Notes under the pieces: model-generated | The model's input: only the letters and a program-made list of their open reading frames with translations | Databases searched by the model: none | What the model was told of the DNA's origin: nothing | In this document: positions 7,381 to 15,300 of the stretch, piece by piece | How the letters are laid out: every line of letters begins with the position of its first letter | Numbering within the stretch: the first letter of the stretch is position 1 | NCBI RefSeq assembly: GCF_000513275.1 | Contig: NZ_CBVJ010000093.1 | Coordinates: 1 to 24,000 of the forward strand | Source: Paenibacillus gorillae | GTDB lineage: Bacteria; Bacillota; Bacilli; Paenibacillales; Paenibacillaceae | Length of the DNA stretch: 24,000 nt | Direction of reading: 5' to 3' | Translations under genes and position numbers: made by a program

Positions 7381-7411
7381 TACTCGTATTTCCAGCCACC
7401 GTTCCTCCAAC

Positions 7412-7449
7412 AAAAAAATAAGCCGTTCTCCAAAATAGGAAAACGGCTT
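7412..7449 (-). terminator. Intrinsic terminator of hxlAB
   Basis: On the minus strand: aagccgttttcct / atttt / ggagaacggctt, followed by a T7 run (plus-strand A-run at 7412-7418). It lies 40 nt after the hxlB stop. Confidence 0.8.
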
Positions 7450-7488
7450 AACTCAATAACTATCAGGCGAGCAGTTCCAGCATTTCTT

Positions 7489-8046
7489 TTACTCCAAATT
7501 AGCATGTCTGGCATACATTGTCGCGGAATCCAAATGCCGGCTCTCCATTAATTTCAAAACAACCGCGTCGCAATACAATAGCAGGGTTTGCTCGAACAAG
7601 GCTCCCATAGGCTGGATGGTCTTGTATCCATCGCCTGATTGGTCTTTCGGAGAGCCTGGCAATTTGATGATGATATCTGCCATTTTTCCTATGGTGGATT
7701 CAGGGGAAATCGTTATAAGCGCAACCGTTCCGCCCAAGCTTTTCGCTTTGTCTACCATGGAGACCAGACTGCTGGTCCCGCCCGAGCCGGATCCAATAAT
7801 AAGTAGATTATCTTTTCCTAAGCTTGGGGTTACCGTCTCGCCTACCACATACACTTCGATCCCCATTTGCATCATGCGCATGGCAAAAGCACGCATCATC
7901 AGCCCTGATCTTCCCGCACCGGCTACAAAAACTTTGCCCGCTCGAAGGATATGATCTACCAGTTGGTCGGCTTCTTCCTCTGCAATGAGAGCTGTCGTCT
8001 GATTCAGCTCTTTTACAATTACAGCTGCATACTCAATCGTTTGCAT
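7489..8046 (-). CDS. hxlB: 6-phospho-3-hexuloisomerase (SIS domain)
   Basis: 185 aa, the same length as I recall for B. subtilis HxlB. SIS motifs 'VFVAGAGRSG' and 'LLIIGSGSGGTSS' are present. It lies immediately downstream of hxlA with a 7-nt gap. Confidence 0.9.
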   Translation of the reverse strand: MQTIEYAAVIVKELNQTTALIAEEEADQLVDHILRAGKVFVAGAGRSGLMMRAFAMRMMQMGIEVYVVGETVTPSLGKDNLLIIGSGSGGTSSLVSMVDKAKSLGGTVALITISPESTIGKMADIIIKLPGSPKDQSGDGYKTIQPMGALFEQTLLLYCDAVVLKLMESRHLDSATMYARHANLE

Positions 8047-8053
8047 AGGGGCA

Positions 8054-8686
8054 TTATCCTTGCTTGATTAATTTTTGCATTTCAGCAGCTGTAGCCGGCT
8101 TATCTTCCGAACCGGTAATTCCGCCGCCTACAATAATAAGGTCCGGCTTCGCCTTAATGACCTCCGGCAGGGTGCTTAGCTTAATACCGCCTGCGACTGC
8201 TACCTTAGCATGCTTCACGACGCGCTTGATCGTCATCAGATCTTCAAAAGAGTTTTTACCGATCGCTTGAAGATCGTAGCCCGTATGCACACAGATGTAA
8301 TCGACCCCAAACGCATCAAGCTCCTTCGCCCGTCCTTCAATGTCATGAACGCCAATCATATCCACCAGAATTTGCTTCTGTTGATTCTTAGCCTCTTCCA
8401 CTGCCCCCTTGATCGTCATATCTTCAGCTACGCCAAGGATCGTAATAATGTCAGCACCGGCTTCAGATGCCTTCATCACTTCATAACCTGCCGCATCCAT
8501 CACTTTGAGGTCAGCCAGCACTTTCAAATCAGGGAATGCCTCTTTAATTTCCTTCACCGCTCTCAGTCCCTCATTAATAACGACTGGCGTACCGATCTCA
8601 ACGATATCGATATAAGGCGCCACTTCTTTGATCAGTTCCTTCGCTTCCGGGATATTGACAAGGTCTAATGCTAGTTGCAGTTCCAT
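8054..8686 (-). CDS. hxlA: 3-hexulose-6-phosphate synthase (OMPdecase-fold)
   Basis: 210 aa beginning 'MELQLALDL...', with 'DLKVMDAG' and 'VAGGI' motifs. SD ggagagg lies 7 nt upstream of the ATG at 8686. It is divergent from an HxlR-type regulator, the arrangement I recall for B. subtilis. Confidence 0.92.
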   Translation of the reverse strand: MELQLALDLVNIPEAKELIKEVAPYIDIVEIGTPVVINEGLRAVKEIKEAFPDLKVLADLKVMDAAGYEVMKASEAGADIITILGVAEDMTIKGAVEEAKNQQKQILVDMIGVHDIEGRAKELDAFGVDYICVHTGYDLQAIGKNSFEDLMTIKRVVKHAKVAVAGGIKLSTLPEVIKAKPDLIIVGGGITGSEDKPATAAEMQKLIKQG

Positions 8687-8877
8687 CTATAATCCTCTCC
8701 TTATGCATTTTATTTATGGAATGATTCTTTGGTATAATGATGCGACTGTCTCATTTCAAAATCTTGCGAATTGCCGGCTGTTCAAATACTAAAGGATGTC
8801 TTCACAAAAAAGAAGAATGCACTTTAATGTGCGGTAGTTACAAAAAAGTAACCTTTGTGCGGGGAGGGGAAAGTCAG
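8687..8877. promoter_or_regulatory. Divergent hxlAB / hxlR control region
   Basis: On the plus strand there is an extended -10, TGgTATAAT (8730-8738). On the minus strand there is TTGAAA, a 17-nt spacer, then TATACC, overlapping the same sequence; a weak -10 is consistent with an activator-dependent hxlA promoter. A perfect inverted repeat GTTAC-aaaaaa-GTAAC (8837-8852) lies just upstream of the hxlR SD and is a possible operator. Confidence 0.4.
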
Positions 8878-9255
8878 ATGTCCGATCTAAGAAAAGAAAT
8901 TATGGATAAGGTCAGCAACGGGGATTTCAACTGTGAAAAAGAATTAACGCTGTCCGTTATCGGCGGCAAGTGGAAATTAATCATTTTGTGGCATCTCGGA
9001 AAACAAGGTCCCCAGCGCTTCAGTGAGCTTCAGAGGCTGCTGCCGAAAATTACACATAAAATGTTAACCAGCCAGCTGAAAGAATTAATGGATGATGGCA
9101 TTATTCATCGAGAAGTATTTCCGGAAGTGCCTCCAAGAGTCGAATATTCGATGACAGGGCTTGGCATGACGCTGCTGCCGATTCTGGAGATGATGTACAC
9201 ATGGGGCAGAAACCGAATAACGGATATCAAACAAATGCAGGAACAGCCTTTATAA
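8878..9255 (+). CDS. hxlR: HxlR-family winged-helix transcriptional regulator
   Basis: The start was moved to the ATG at 8878, with SD ggggagggg upstream. The protein is 125 aa and contains '[75 protein letters not shown]', the canonical HxlR-type HTH core. Confidence 0.9.
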   Translation: MSDLRKEIMDKVSNGDFNCEKELTLSVIGGKWKLIILWHLGKQGPQRFSELQRLLPKITHKMLTSQLKELMDDGIIHREVFPEVPPRVEYSMTGLGMTLLPILEMMYTWGRNRITDIKQMQEQPL

Positions 9256-9279
9256 CAATATGGATAGATGTGCTGGCAC

Positions 9280-9322
9280 AAAAAAACGGACTCGCCTTAA
9301 AAAAGGCAAGTCCGTTTTGTAT
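9280..9322. terminator. Bidirectional intrinsic terminator between hxlR and argC
   Basis: acggactcgcc / ttaaaaaa / ggcaagtccgt (9286-9315), with an A7 run before it and 'tttgtattt' after it. Confidence 0.75.
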
Positions 9323-9350
9323 TTAGCTTTTAATGAGGGCTCATTAACCG

Positions 9351-10298
9351 TTATAACAAACCATTACTTTCATCGAATCCGAGCATGAGATTCATATTTT
9401 GTACAGCGGCTCCTGAGGCCCCTTTGCCTAAATTATCGTATCTTGAAATAATATTGATTTTGTCTCCTTTCCCAAAGACAAAAATTTCGAGCTGGTTCGT
9501 ATCATTACACTCGGACAGCATAAAATGGCCTTCATCGAGGTAAGCCTCTGAATCGTACGGCATGACATGAACGAAGCGCTCTCCTTCATAGTATGCGGAC
9601 AATGCTTCATGAACATCTTTTGCAGAAGCGTCCTTCATATACCTGCCAGTTAACGGAATCGACATCGCTATACCTTGAGCATAATTCGCTTTGACAGGTG
9701 TAAATATCGGCTCAAATGCAAGTCCGGAATACAGCTTCATCTCAGGAAGGTGCTTATGATTGAGCTGCATGGAATAATGCCGGGGCACATCCAGCTTTTT
9801 CTCAGCCGCGATGGTTGCATTCTCGTATTCCTCTATCCCGCTTCTGCCAGCCCCTGAATAGCCTGTCACAGAGCTACACGTAACCGGGTAATCCTGCGGA
9901 AGAATGCCAGCCTCAATCAATGGCCGAATGGACAAAATAAGACCAGTAGCATGACAGCCCGGAACAGAAACTCTGGTTGCCCTGCGGATCAATTCACGAT
10001 GATTTTTCAGCTCAGGCAGCCCATAAACCCAGTTACGATCCGTTCTAAAAGCGGTACTGGCGTTAATAATTTTCGTTTTTTCATTCGTCACAAGCGCAAC
10101 GGACTCTTGTGCAGCCGAATCCGGAAGACATAGAAAGACAAGATCCGCTGCATTCAATAACCGGCTTCGTGCCTCGATATCTTTTCTTTTATCAGAGTCT
10201 ATTCTTAGAATCTCGATATTCGATTGTTTGGATAAATACTCAAAAATCTTCAAACCCGTCGTACCTTCTTGCCCGTCAACAAACACTTTATACGGCAT
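9351..10298 (-). CDS. argC: N-acetyl-gamma-glutamyl-phosphate reductase, short ('uncommon') form
   Basis: The start was moved to the ATG at 10298, with SD gagggtga upstream. The protein is 315 aa and contains 'KVFVDGQEGTTGLKI', the catalytic 'VSVPGCHATG' and a C-terminal 'DNLGKGASGAAVQNMNLMLG'. Confidence 0.88.
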   Translation of the reverse strand: MPYKVFVDGQEGTTGLKIFEYLSKQSNIEILRIDSDKRKDIEARSRLLNAADLVFLCLPDSAAQESVALVTNEKTKIINASTAFRTDRNWVYGLPELKNHRELIRRATRVSVPGCHATGLILSIRPLIEAGILPQDYPVTCSSVTGYSGAGRSGIEEYENATIAAEKKLDVPRHYSMQLNHKHLPEMKLYSGLAFEPIFTPVKANYAQGIAMSIPLTGRYMKDASAKDVHEALSAYYEGERFVHVMPYDSEAYLDEGHFMLSECNDTNQLEIFVFGKGDKINIISRYDNLGKGASGAAVQNMNLMLGFDESNGLL

Positions 10299-10312
10299 GA
10301 TCATCACCCTCA

Positions 10313-10369
10313 AATGAATAATTATTCTTGATAATGATTAATTATACATTCCGAGTTTAATTTATTCAA
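10313..10369 (-). promoter_or_regulatory. argC promoter with two adjacent ARG boxes (ArgR/AhrC operator)
   Basis: On the minus strand: TTGAAT (10364-10369), a 17-nt spacer, then TATAAT (10341-10346). Box 1 at 10313-10330, 'aaTGAATaattATTCttg', matches 9 of 10 core positions of TGAATwwwwATTCA. Box 2 at 10333-10350, 'aaTGAtTaattATaCAtt', matches 8 of 10 and overlaps the -10. The boxes are 2 bp apart. Confidence 0.55.
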
Positions 10370-10581
10370 TCGAGAGCTTATAGGATCAACAGAAAACTTG
10401 TAGCTCATGGATGCTGTATGAGGTATACTATGGAAGTCGAAACGCGAATTTTGCGTCCGCTGGGGTCGGCCTCCTAACGCTGATGATGACAAGCCTTTAT
10501 GCAATTTTACCGCTTCTGTATAAGTTCACGAAGAAAGTAATGAAAGCCGTGAAGAAAATTACAAAAGAGGTGAAGAAAACA

Positions 10582-10665
10582 ATGAAAAAACTTGCTTACC
10601 CCGCTTTCGTATTAGCTGTTGTATTAGGAATTTCTGCCGATCCTACTTATAGACTAATCTACTGA
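10582..10665 (+). CDS. Candidate 27-aa peptide with a signal-peptide-like N-terminus
   Basis: SD agaggtga lies 8 nt upstream of the ATG at 10582. Translation is MKKLAYPAFVLAVVLGISADPTYRLIY. An intrinsic terminator follows about 40 nt downstream. It is the 3' part of track ORF 10411-10665, whose upstream ATGs lack an SD. Confidence 0.4.
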   Translation: MKKLAYPAFVLAVVLGISADPTYRLIY

Positions 10666-10702
10666 TGAGCTCGTGAAAGCCGAGCGAAAAGTAAACCAGC
10701 GG

Positions 10703-10724
10703 CCGCTCAATGAGCGGTTTTTTT
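10703..10724 (+). terminator. Intrinsic terminator (plus strand)
   Basis: ccgctc / aat / gagcgg, followed by a T7 run (10718-10724). Confidence 0.65.
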
Positions 10725-10751
10725 ATTACATTTTACAAACAGACAGACGTA

Positions 10752-10785
10752 AAAACCTCCCTAACGACGATCGTTAGAGAGGTTT
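10752..10785 (-). terminator. Intrinsic terminator of the HesB/IscA gene (minus strand)
   Basis: aaacctctctaacga / tcg / tcgttagggaggttt, then 'tttta' when read on the minus strand. It lies 46 nt after the stop at 10831. Confidence 0.6.
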
Positions 10786-10830
10786 ATGCTGTAGCTATTT
10801 ATATGGAAATGTTAATGCGCCGCTAAGCTC

Positions 10831-11190
10831 TTAGCAAGGATCAGCAGCCGGATTGCCCGCTGCCGTAGCTGTACGGAACGACGACCCACAACCACAGGTA
10901 GCAGTTGCATTCGGATTGTCAATCGTAAAGCCCCCGCCCATCGCGGAGTCCTTCCAATCGATCAGAAGGCCATTCAAATATTTCATGCTTTCCTCGTCCA
11001 CGACGACCTTCATACCGGACAATTCAAGCGATTTATCGCTGTCGCTTTCCTCGTCATCGAAGCCCATGCCGTAGGAGAAGCCGCTGCAGCCGCCTTCCTT
11101 AACGCCAATCCGTAGAAACAAGCCCGGCGTGCCTTCCTCTTCCAGCATTTCTTTTATTTTATCTGTTGCCGAATCACTAATTGTGATCAT
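10831..11190 (-). CDS. HesB/IscA-family iron-sulfur cluster insertion (A-type carrier) protein
   Basis: 119 aa containing 'FLRIGVKEGGCSGFSYGMGFD' and a C-terminal 'CGCGSSF', which together form the three-Cys A-type carrier signature. SD ggaggga precedes the start. Confidence 0.9.
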   Translation of the reverse strand: MITISDSATDKIKEMLEEEGTPGLFLRIGVKEGGCSGFSYGMGFDDEESDSDKSLELSGMKVVVDEESMKYLNGLLIDWKDSAMGGGFTIDNPNATATCGCGSSFRTATAAGNPAADPC

Positions 11191-11357
11191 GCCTCATCCC
11201 TCCAATTTTCACTAATTGCATCCTTCAGGCCGCTGTAGAACAGCCGTTACCTACCTGTAGTATACTCCTCTTCCGCCGCTTCCTCAAGAGAATAACGCCT
11301 GTCTCATCGGGCATAAAGTGTAACAATCATGTAAGCGCAGTGAATTCACTTTAATGG

Positions 11358-11386
11358 TTGCCCCTGTTTCGGAACAGGTTTATAAT
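11358..11386 (+). promoter_or_regulatory. Near-consensus sigma-A promoter with a perfect palindrome in its spacer, upstream of the mqnE-like gene
   Basis: TTGCCC (11358-11363), a 17-nt spacer, then TATAAT (11381-11386). The spacer contains CCTGTT-tcgg-AACAGG. This implies a leader of about 200 nt before the ATG at 11594. Confidence 0.5.
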
Positions 11387-11593
11387 AATGACAGCTTCTT
11401 AATCGTTATAGCAAGTTCTTTTTTTCACAATCGTATTCGACAAACGAATCGAATCGCTATAGGATTCCCTTCGCACAAAAGCTGCGCCTCCTACTCGAGA
11501 CGCGGCAAGCTTTTCGTTACGCCAGTTATATAGAAGCGTATGTAGTTAGATGATGTCTATACGGACTGTATTTAGACAAAGGAGGCTGTCAGC

Positions 11594-12697
11594 ATGAACA
11601 TAGCTGTACAAAGCGAGAATAAGCAAATGCAGGAAATCGTTGAGAAGGTTCGCCGGGGCGAAAGGCTCACGCTGGAAGACGGTGTGTTTCTGTACAAATC
11701 CGACGATCTGCTCACAATCGGACAGTTGGCAAACGAAGCCAATTTGCAAAAGAACGGTAAAAGGGTTTATTTTATCGAAAATATGAGCCTCTACTTCACG
11801 AACGTATGCGAAGCGCATTGCGCATTCTGCAATTTCCGCAAGGATGAAGGCCAGGAAGGCGCCTATACGCTTAGCGGCGAACAGATGATTGAATACGTCG
11901 AGAAGCATATTCACCCGGGCGTACGCGAGTTTCATATCGTAGGCGGCCACAATCCGCATGTGCCTTTCCAATATTACGTCGACTCCATCAAAGCGTTGCA
12001 TGAAAAATATCCGGATGTCACTCTAAAAGCATATACTGCAGCCGAGATTGATTTCTTCTCGCGCATCAGCGGATTGAGCTATAAAGAGGTGCTGCAGGAG
12101 TTGATGAAGGTTGGCCTGAAATCGCTGACCGGCGGCGGCGCAGAGATTTTATCCGATCAATACCGCAAAAAAATGCGCGTCGACAAAGCCGATGTGAGTC
12201 AGTATCTGGAGGTTCACCGTACGGCACACGAGCTCGGACTGCGCACGCATACGACGATGCTCTACGGTTCCATCGAATCCCATGAAGACCGCATCAAGCA
12301 TATGCTGCAAATACGGGATCTCCAAGACGAAACAAACGGCTTCCAAGTGTTCATTCCGCTGTCGATGCAGCCGATCAACCCGAAAGCAGGCATACGCCGC
12401 CGGAACTCGGCCTTCGAGGACTTGAAGACGATCGCGATCAGCCGTCTCATGCTTGATAATATTCAGCATATTAAAGCTTACTTCATTAATATCGGTACGC
12501 AATTGACGCAGGTCTCGCTGACAATGGGCGCCTCCGACGCGCACGGCACGATTGTGAAGGAAAGAATCAGCCACGCAGCTGGCGCATTAACCCCGGAAGG
12601 TATTACACGCGAGGATCTGATCTGGCTCATTAAAGGTGCTGGACGCATACCTGTAGAACGGGACACTTTCTATAACGAAATTAAAGTATACGAGTAA
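11594..12697 (+). CDS. mqnE: Radical SAM enzyme of the MqnE/MqnC/CofH family, most like aminofutalosine synthase MqnE
   Basis: 367 aa with SD aaggagg 8 nt upstream. The radical SAM cluster motif is 'CEAHCAFC'. It also has 'KAYTAAEI', 'GGGAEIL', 'TMLYGSIE', 'LQDETNGFQVFIPL', 'HIKAYF' and 'PVERDTFYNEI'. From memory these fit MqnE better than MqnC. Confidence 0.7.
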   Translation: MNIAVQSENKQMQEIVEKVRRGERLTLEDGVFLYKSDDLLTIGQLANEANLQKNGKRVYFIENMSLYFTNVCEAHCAFCNFRKDEGQEGAYTLSGEQMIEYVEKHIHPGVREFHIVGGHNPHVPFQYYVDSIKALHEKYPDVTLKAYTAAEIDFFSRISGLSYKEVLQELMKVGLKSLTGGGAEILSDQYRKKMRVDKADVSQYLEVHRTAHELGLRTHTTMLYGSIESHEDRIKHMLQIRDLQDETNGFQVFIPLSMQPINPKAGIRRRNSAFEDLKTIAISRLMLDNIQHIKAYFINIGTQLTQVSLTMGASDAHGTIVKERISHAAGALTPEGITREDLIWLIKGAGRIPVERDTFYNEIKVYE

Positions 12698-12772
12698 TTG
12701 ACCATACGGACGCACATATTAGTATCATAAAATCGGCATCATTACAGACATTTGATAGGGTAGGGAACCGGA

Positions 12773-13843
12773 ATGAGAAAATTTGTGATTTTAGGCGGCG
12801 GATACGGAGGTCAAGCTATTGCAGCAGATTTGCTGGATAAGCAGCTCCCGCTTGACGTCGAGATTATACTGATCGACCGTATGCCGCATCAGGGGTTAAA
12901 AACGGAGTATTACGCGCTTGCCGCTGGCACGGTATCCGATCTTGAGCTGCGCGTAAAGTTTCCTCACGATCCAAGAATAACGACGAAATACGGTGAAGTA
13001 ACCGGGCTCGATTTGGATGAAAAAATGGTGCATATTGAAGGACATGATTCCATCGCTTATGAATGGCTGGTCATCGGACTTGGCTGCACGGACAACTATC
13101 ACGGCATTGAAGGCGCCGAGCAGTTCTCAACGAGCATCCAGACGTTTTCAGCTGCCAGACGTACTTATCAATTGCTCAATGACGTAAAACCATACGGACA
13201 AGTATCCATTATTGGCGGGGGCTTGAGCGGGGTTGAAGTTGCAGCTGAGCTTAGAGAAAGCCGTCCGGATCTAAATATCCGGATTATCGATCGCGGGCCA
13301 AGCGTTCTGTCGGCTTTTCCCAACCAGCTTCAAAAGTTTGTAGCCGTATGGTTCAAAGAGCATCAAGTGGAGATGCGGAGCCACGTTTCACTTTCCCGTG
13401 TCGAGCAAGGCGCATTGTATGATAACAATGCCGGCGAAACAATTCTAACGGACGTGACCGTCTGGACAGCGGGCATCCAGCCTGTTGAGCTCGTTCAACA
13501 GCTGAACCTTCCGAAGGACAACCAAGGTCGTCTTATAATTAATGAATGGCATCAGCTGCCGGATCACACCGATGTGTTTGTTGTCGGCGACTGCGCTTCC
13601 CTTCCGCTTTCTCCAAGCGGTCAAGCCGCAGGCGCACAAGGCAAGCAGATTGCGGAAGTGATGCATGCGGTATGGCAAGACAAAACGCCTCCTAAGCTTG
13701 GCAAGCTCAAGCTCAAGGGCGTTCTCGGATCACTTGGCAAAAAAAGCGGATTTGGGCTTATGGGCGGCACGCCGCTCGTCGGTAAAATTCCGCGTCTCGT
13801 GAAAAGCGGCGTGCTCTGGAAGTCGAAACGGCATTTCGGGTAA
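12773..13843 (+). CDS. FAD-dependent pyridine nucleotide-disulfide oxidoreductase / type II NADH dehydrogenase-like (YutJ-like)
   Basis: 356 aa with the N-terminal Rossmann motif 'VILGGGYGG', a second dinucleotide motif 'SIIGGGLSGVE' and 'VFVVGDCA'. SD gggtaggga precedes the start. Confidence 0.85.
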   Translation: MRKFVILGGGYGGQAIAADLLDKQLPLDVEIILIDRMPHQGLKTEYYALAAGTVSDLELRVKFPHDPRITTKYGEVTGLDLDEKMVHIEGHDSIAYEWLVIGLGCTDNYHGIEGAEQFSTSIQTFSAARRTYQLLNDVKPYGQVSIIGGGLSGVEVAAELRESRPDLNIRIIDRGPSVLSAFPNQLQKFVAVWFKEHQVEMRSHVSLSRVEQGALYDNNAGETILTDVTVWTAGIQPVELVQQLNLPKDNQGRLIINEWHQLPDHTDVFVVGDCASLPLSPSGQAAGAQGKQIAEVMHAVWQDKTPPKLGKLKLKGVLGSLGKKSGFGLMGGTPLVGKIPRLVKSGVLWKSKRHFG

Positions 13844-13849
13844 TGCTAA

Positions 13850-14113
13850 TCAGGAGCGTCCTCCGCTCGTTTCTCGTTCGTTATCGCTGCAAGCCTGCTT
13901 CATAACCCGTTCCTTAAGCAGCGATATATTGGCAGCCGAGACGATTAAGCCGTCGACAAGCGCGAACGGAAGCAGATAACATTCGCCGCAATTGCCCAGG
14001 CAGCCGTATTCGATCACTTGAAGAGAGGTATTCTTCGTAAGCTCCTTCATGAAGGCTTCGGTGCCATCATGGTGCATATTGCCGGCGCAAAATTCGATTG
14101 TTGTCTTACTCAA
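13850..14113 (-). CDS. yuzB: YuzB-family (DUF1450) small cysteine-rich protein
   Basis: 87 aa with a TTG start and SD ggtgag upstream. 'IEFCAGN...VIEYGCLGNCGECYLLPFALVDGLIV' matches the pattern I recall for B. subtilis YuzB (EFC..N...EYGCL..CG.C...A.V.G). It is convergent with the NDH-2-like gene, 6 bp apart. Confidence 0.8.
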   Translation of the reverse strand: MSKTTIEFCAGNMHHDGTEAFMKELTKNTSLQVIEYGCLGNCGECYLLPFALVDGLIVSAANISLLKERVMKQACSDNERETSGGRS

Positions 14114-14147
14114 TTTTGCTCACCACGCCTTAAAGGTTTGATATCCA

Positions 14148-14176
14148 TTTTCATTCGCTTCACTTTGTACTATAAT
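14148..14176 (+). promoter_or_regulatory. Candidate sigma-A promoter for the NifU-like gene
   Basis: TTTTCA (14148-14153), a 17-nt spacer, then TATAAT (14171-14176), 24 nt upstream of the ATG at 14200. Confidence 0.4.
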
Positions 14177-14199
14177 AGGGGAGAAAGGAGATGATTGCA

Positions 14200-14445
14200 A
14201 TGAGTGAACAAGTACAAGACACTATGTACGACGAAGTATTGGACGTACTCGATAAATTGCGTCCGTTCCTGCAGCGTGACGGAGGCGACGTTGAACTCGT
14301 GGATGTGGAGGACGGCATCGTTAAACTCCGCTTGATGGGTGCTTGCGGCAGCTGCCCAAGCTCAACGATCACACTGAAAGCCGGTATCGAACGGGCACTG
14401 CTCGAAGAGGTAGAAGGCGTTCAAGAAGTCGTTCAAGTATTCTAA
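14200..14445 (+). CDS. NifU C-terminal-domain (Nfu-type) Fe-S scaffold/carrier protein (YutI-like)
   Basis: The start was moved to the second ATG at 14200 because SD aaaggag (14184-14190) abuts the first ATG at 14191. '[41 protein letters not shown]' carries the CxxC Nfu motif. Confidence 0.9.
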   Translation: MSEQVQDTMYDEVLDVLDKLRPFLQRDGGDVELVDVEDGIVKLRLMGACGSCPSSTITLKAGIERALLEEVEGVQEVVQVF

Positions 14446-14451
14446 TTGAAA

Positions 14452-14491
14452 ATAGCGGCGTCAGGATTATCCCTGACGCCGCTATTTTTTT
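14452..14491. terminator. Strong bidirectional intrinsic terminator
   Basis: A perfect 14-bp stem atagcggcgtcagg / cctgacgccgctat (14452-14485) with loop attatc, then a T7 run on the plus strand and an A-rich stretch upstream. It lies between the convergent NifU-like and SDR genes. Confidence 0.85.
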
Positions 14492-14504
14492 ATCTTCGGA
14501 TTGT

Positions 14505-15281
14505 CTAAGACAAAATATTGTTGCGGATCGGATCAAAGCCGCCCGTCACATTCATAATATTGCCCGTTAAATAATCCGATTGGGGATGACAGAGAAAGCT
14601 GATAACGCGAGCCACATCCTCGCCCGTACCGGGACGGCCAACCGGCGACTCACAATCCTGCTCACCTTTTACTTCCGAGATGGAACGCTCTTTGTTCGCT
14701 CCTTTTATATCGCCTGGCCCAACCATATTGACCGTAATGCCATATGGTGCCTCCTCGACAGCAAGCGTCTTTGTGAAGGAGACGAGGCCGGTCTTCGCAG
14801 CGGCGTAGACCGCCCTGTGCGGCCATGCCCGGGCTTCACCTGCATGGCCGAATCCCAGATGGATGACTCGTCCCCAGCCTCTCTCCCGCATCCCTGGGAG
14901 CAAATGATGATCGAGCAGCATAGCTCCAAGCAGATTGCCGTTCATCAATCGGATAATCATCTGCGGGTCATAATCGGCAAACAACACCCGTTCCCGGATG
15001 AAAGGGCCTGCATTGTTAACCAGAATATCGATGCCGCCATTCCAAGCTGCTGCTTCAGCGGCGAGCTTGTCAGCTCCCTCTACAGTTGCAATATCGGCCT
15101 GAACGACTGTCGCTTTAACTTTCAGCCCTTCAATTTCCCTCTTCGTCTGCAGCGCTTCTTCCTCGCTATCGACGTAATTCAGTACGATGTGACAGCCCAG
15201 CTCAGCAAGCTGAATTGCCGTCCGTTTGCCAAGACCCTTTGCGCTACCTGTAACCAGTGCCGTCCGGCCACTCAGCACCAC
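14505..15281 (-). CDS. SDR-family oxidoreductase (3-oxoacyl-ACP reductase-like)
   Basis: 'ALVTGSAKGLGKRTA' is the TGxxxGxG motif, 'NNAG' is present, and 'AVYAAAKTG' is the YxxxK motif. The start was moved to the GTG at 15281, with SD gagggggga 6 nt upstream. That removes the overlap with the upstream gene and leaves a 19-nt gap. Confidence 0.85.
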   Translation of the reverse strand: MVLSGRTALVTGSAKGLGKRTAIQLAELGCHIVLNYVDSEEEALQTKREIEGLKVKATVVQADIATVEGADKLAAEAAAWNGGIDILVNNAGPFIRERVLFADYDPQMIIRLMNGNLLGAMLLDHHLLPGMRERGWGRVIHLGFGHAGEARAWPHRAVYAAAKTGLVSFTKTLAVEEAPYGITVNMVGPGDIKGANKERSISEVKGEQDCESPVGRPGTGEDVARVISFLCHPQSDYLTGNIMNVTGGFDPIRNNILS

Positions 15282-15300
15282 GAGTATTCCCCCCTCGCAA

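Noticed and set aside
8737-8877. N-terminal extensions of track ORFs (hxlR from 8737, hydrolase from 4888, ctaA from 18812, argC from 10313, SDR from 15335, HAD from 23962, trx from 19294, TetR from 1756)
   Set aside because: In each case an internal start codon has a properly spaced Shine-Dalgarno sequence and gives the family-typical N-terminus. The extensions contain promoter-like elements or overlap the neighbouring gene.
10411-10665. Full-length 84-aa version of the small ORF
   Set aside because: The upstream ATGs at 10411 and at about 10483 have no SD; the sequence before the latter is 'ggcctcctaacgctg'. Only the ATG at 10582 has a well-spaced SD, so I call the 27-aa version instead, still at low confidence.
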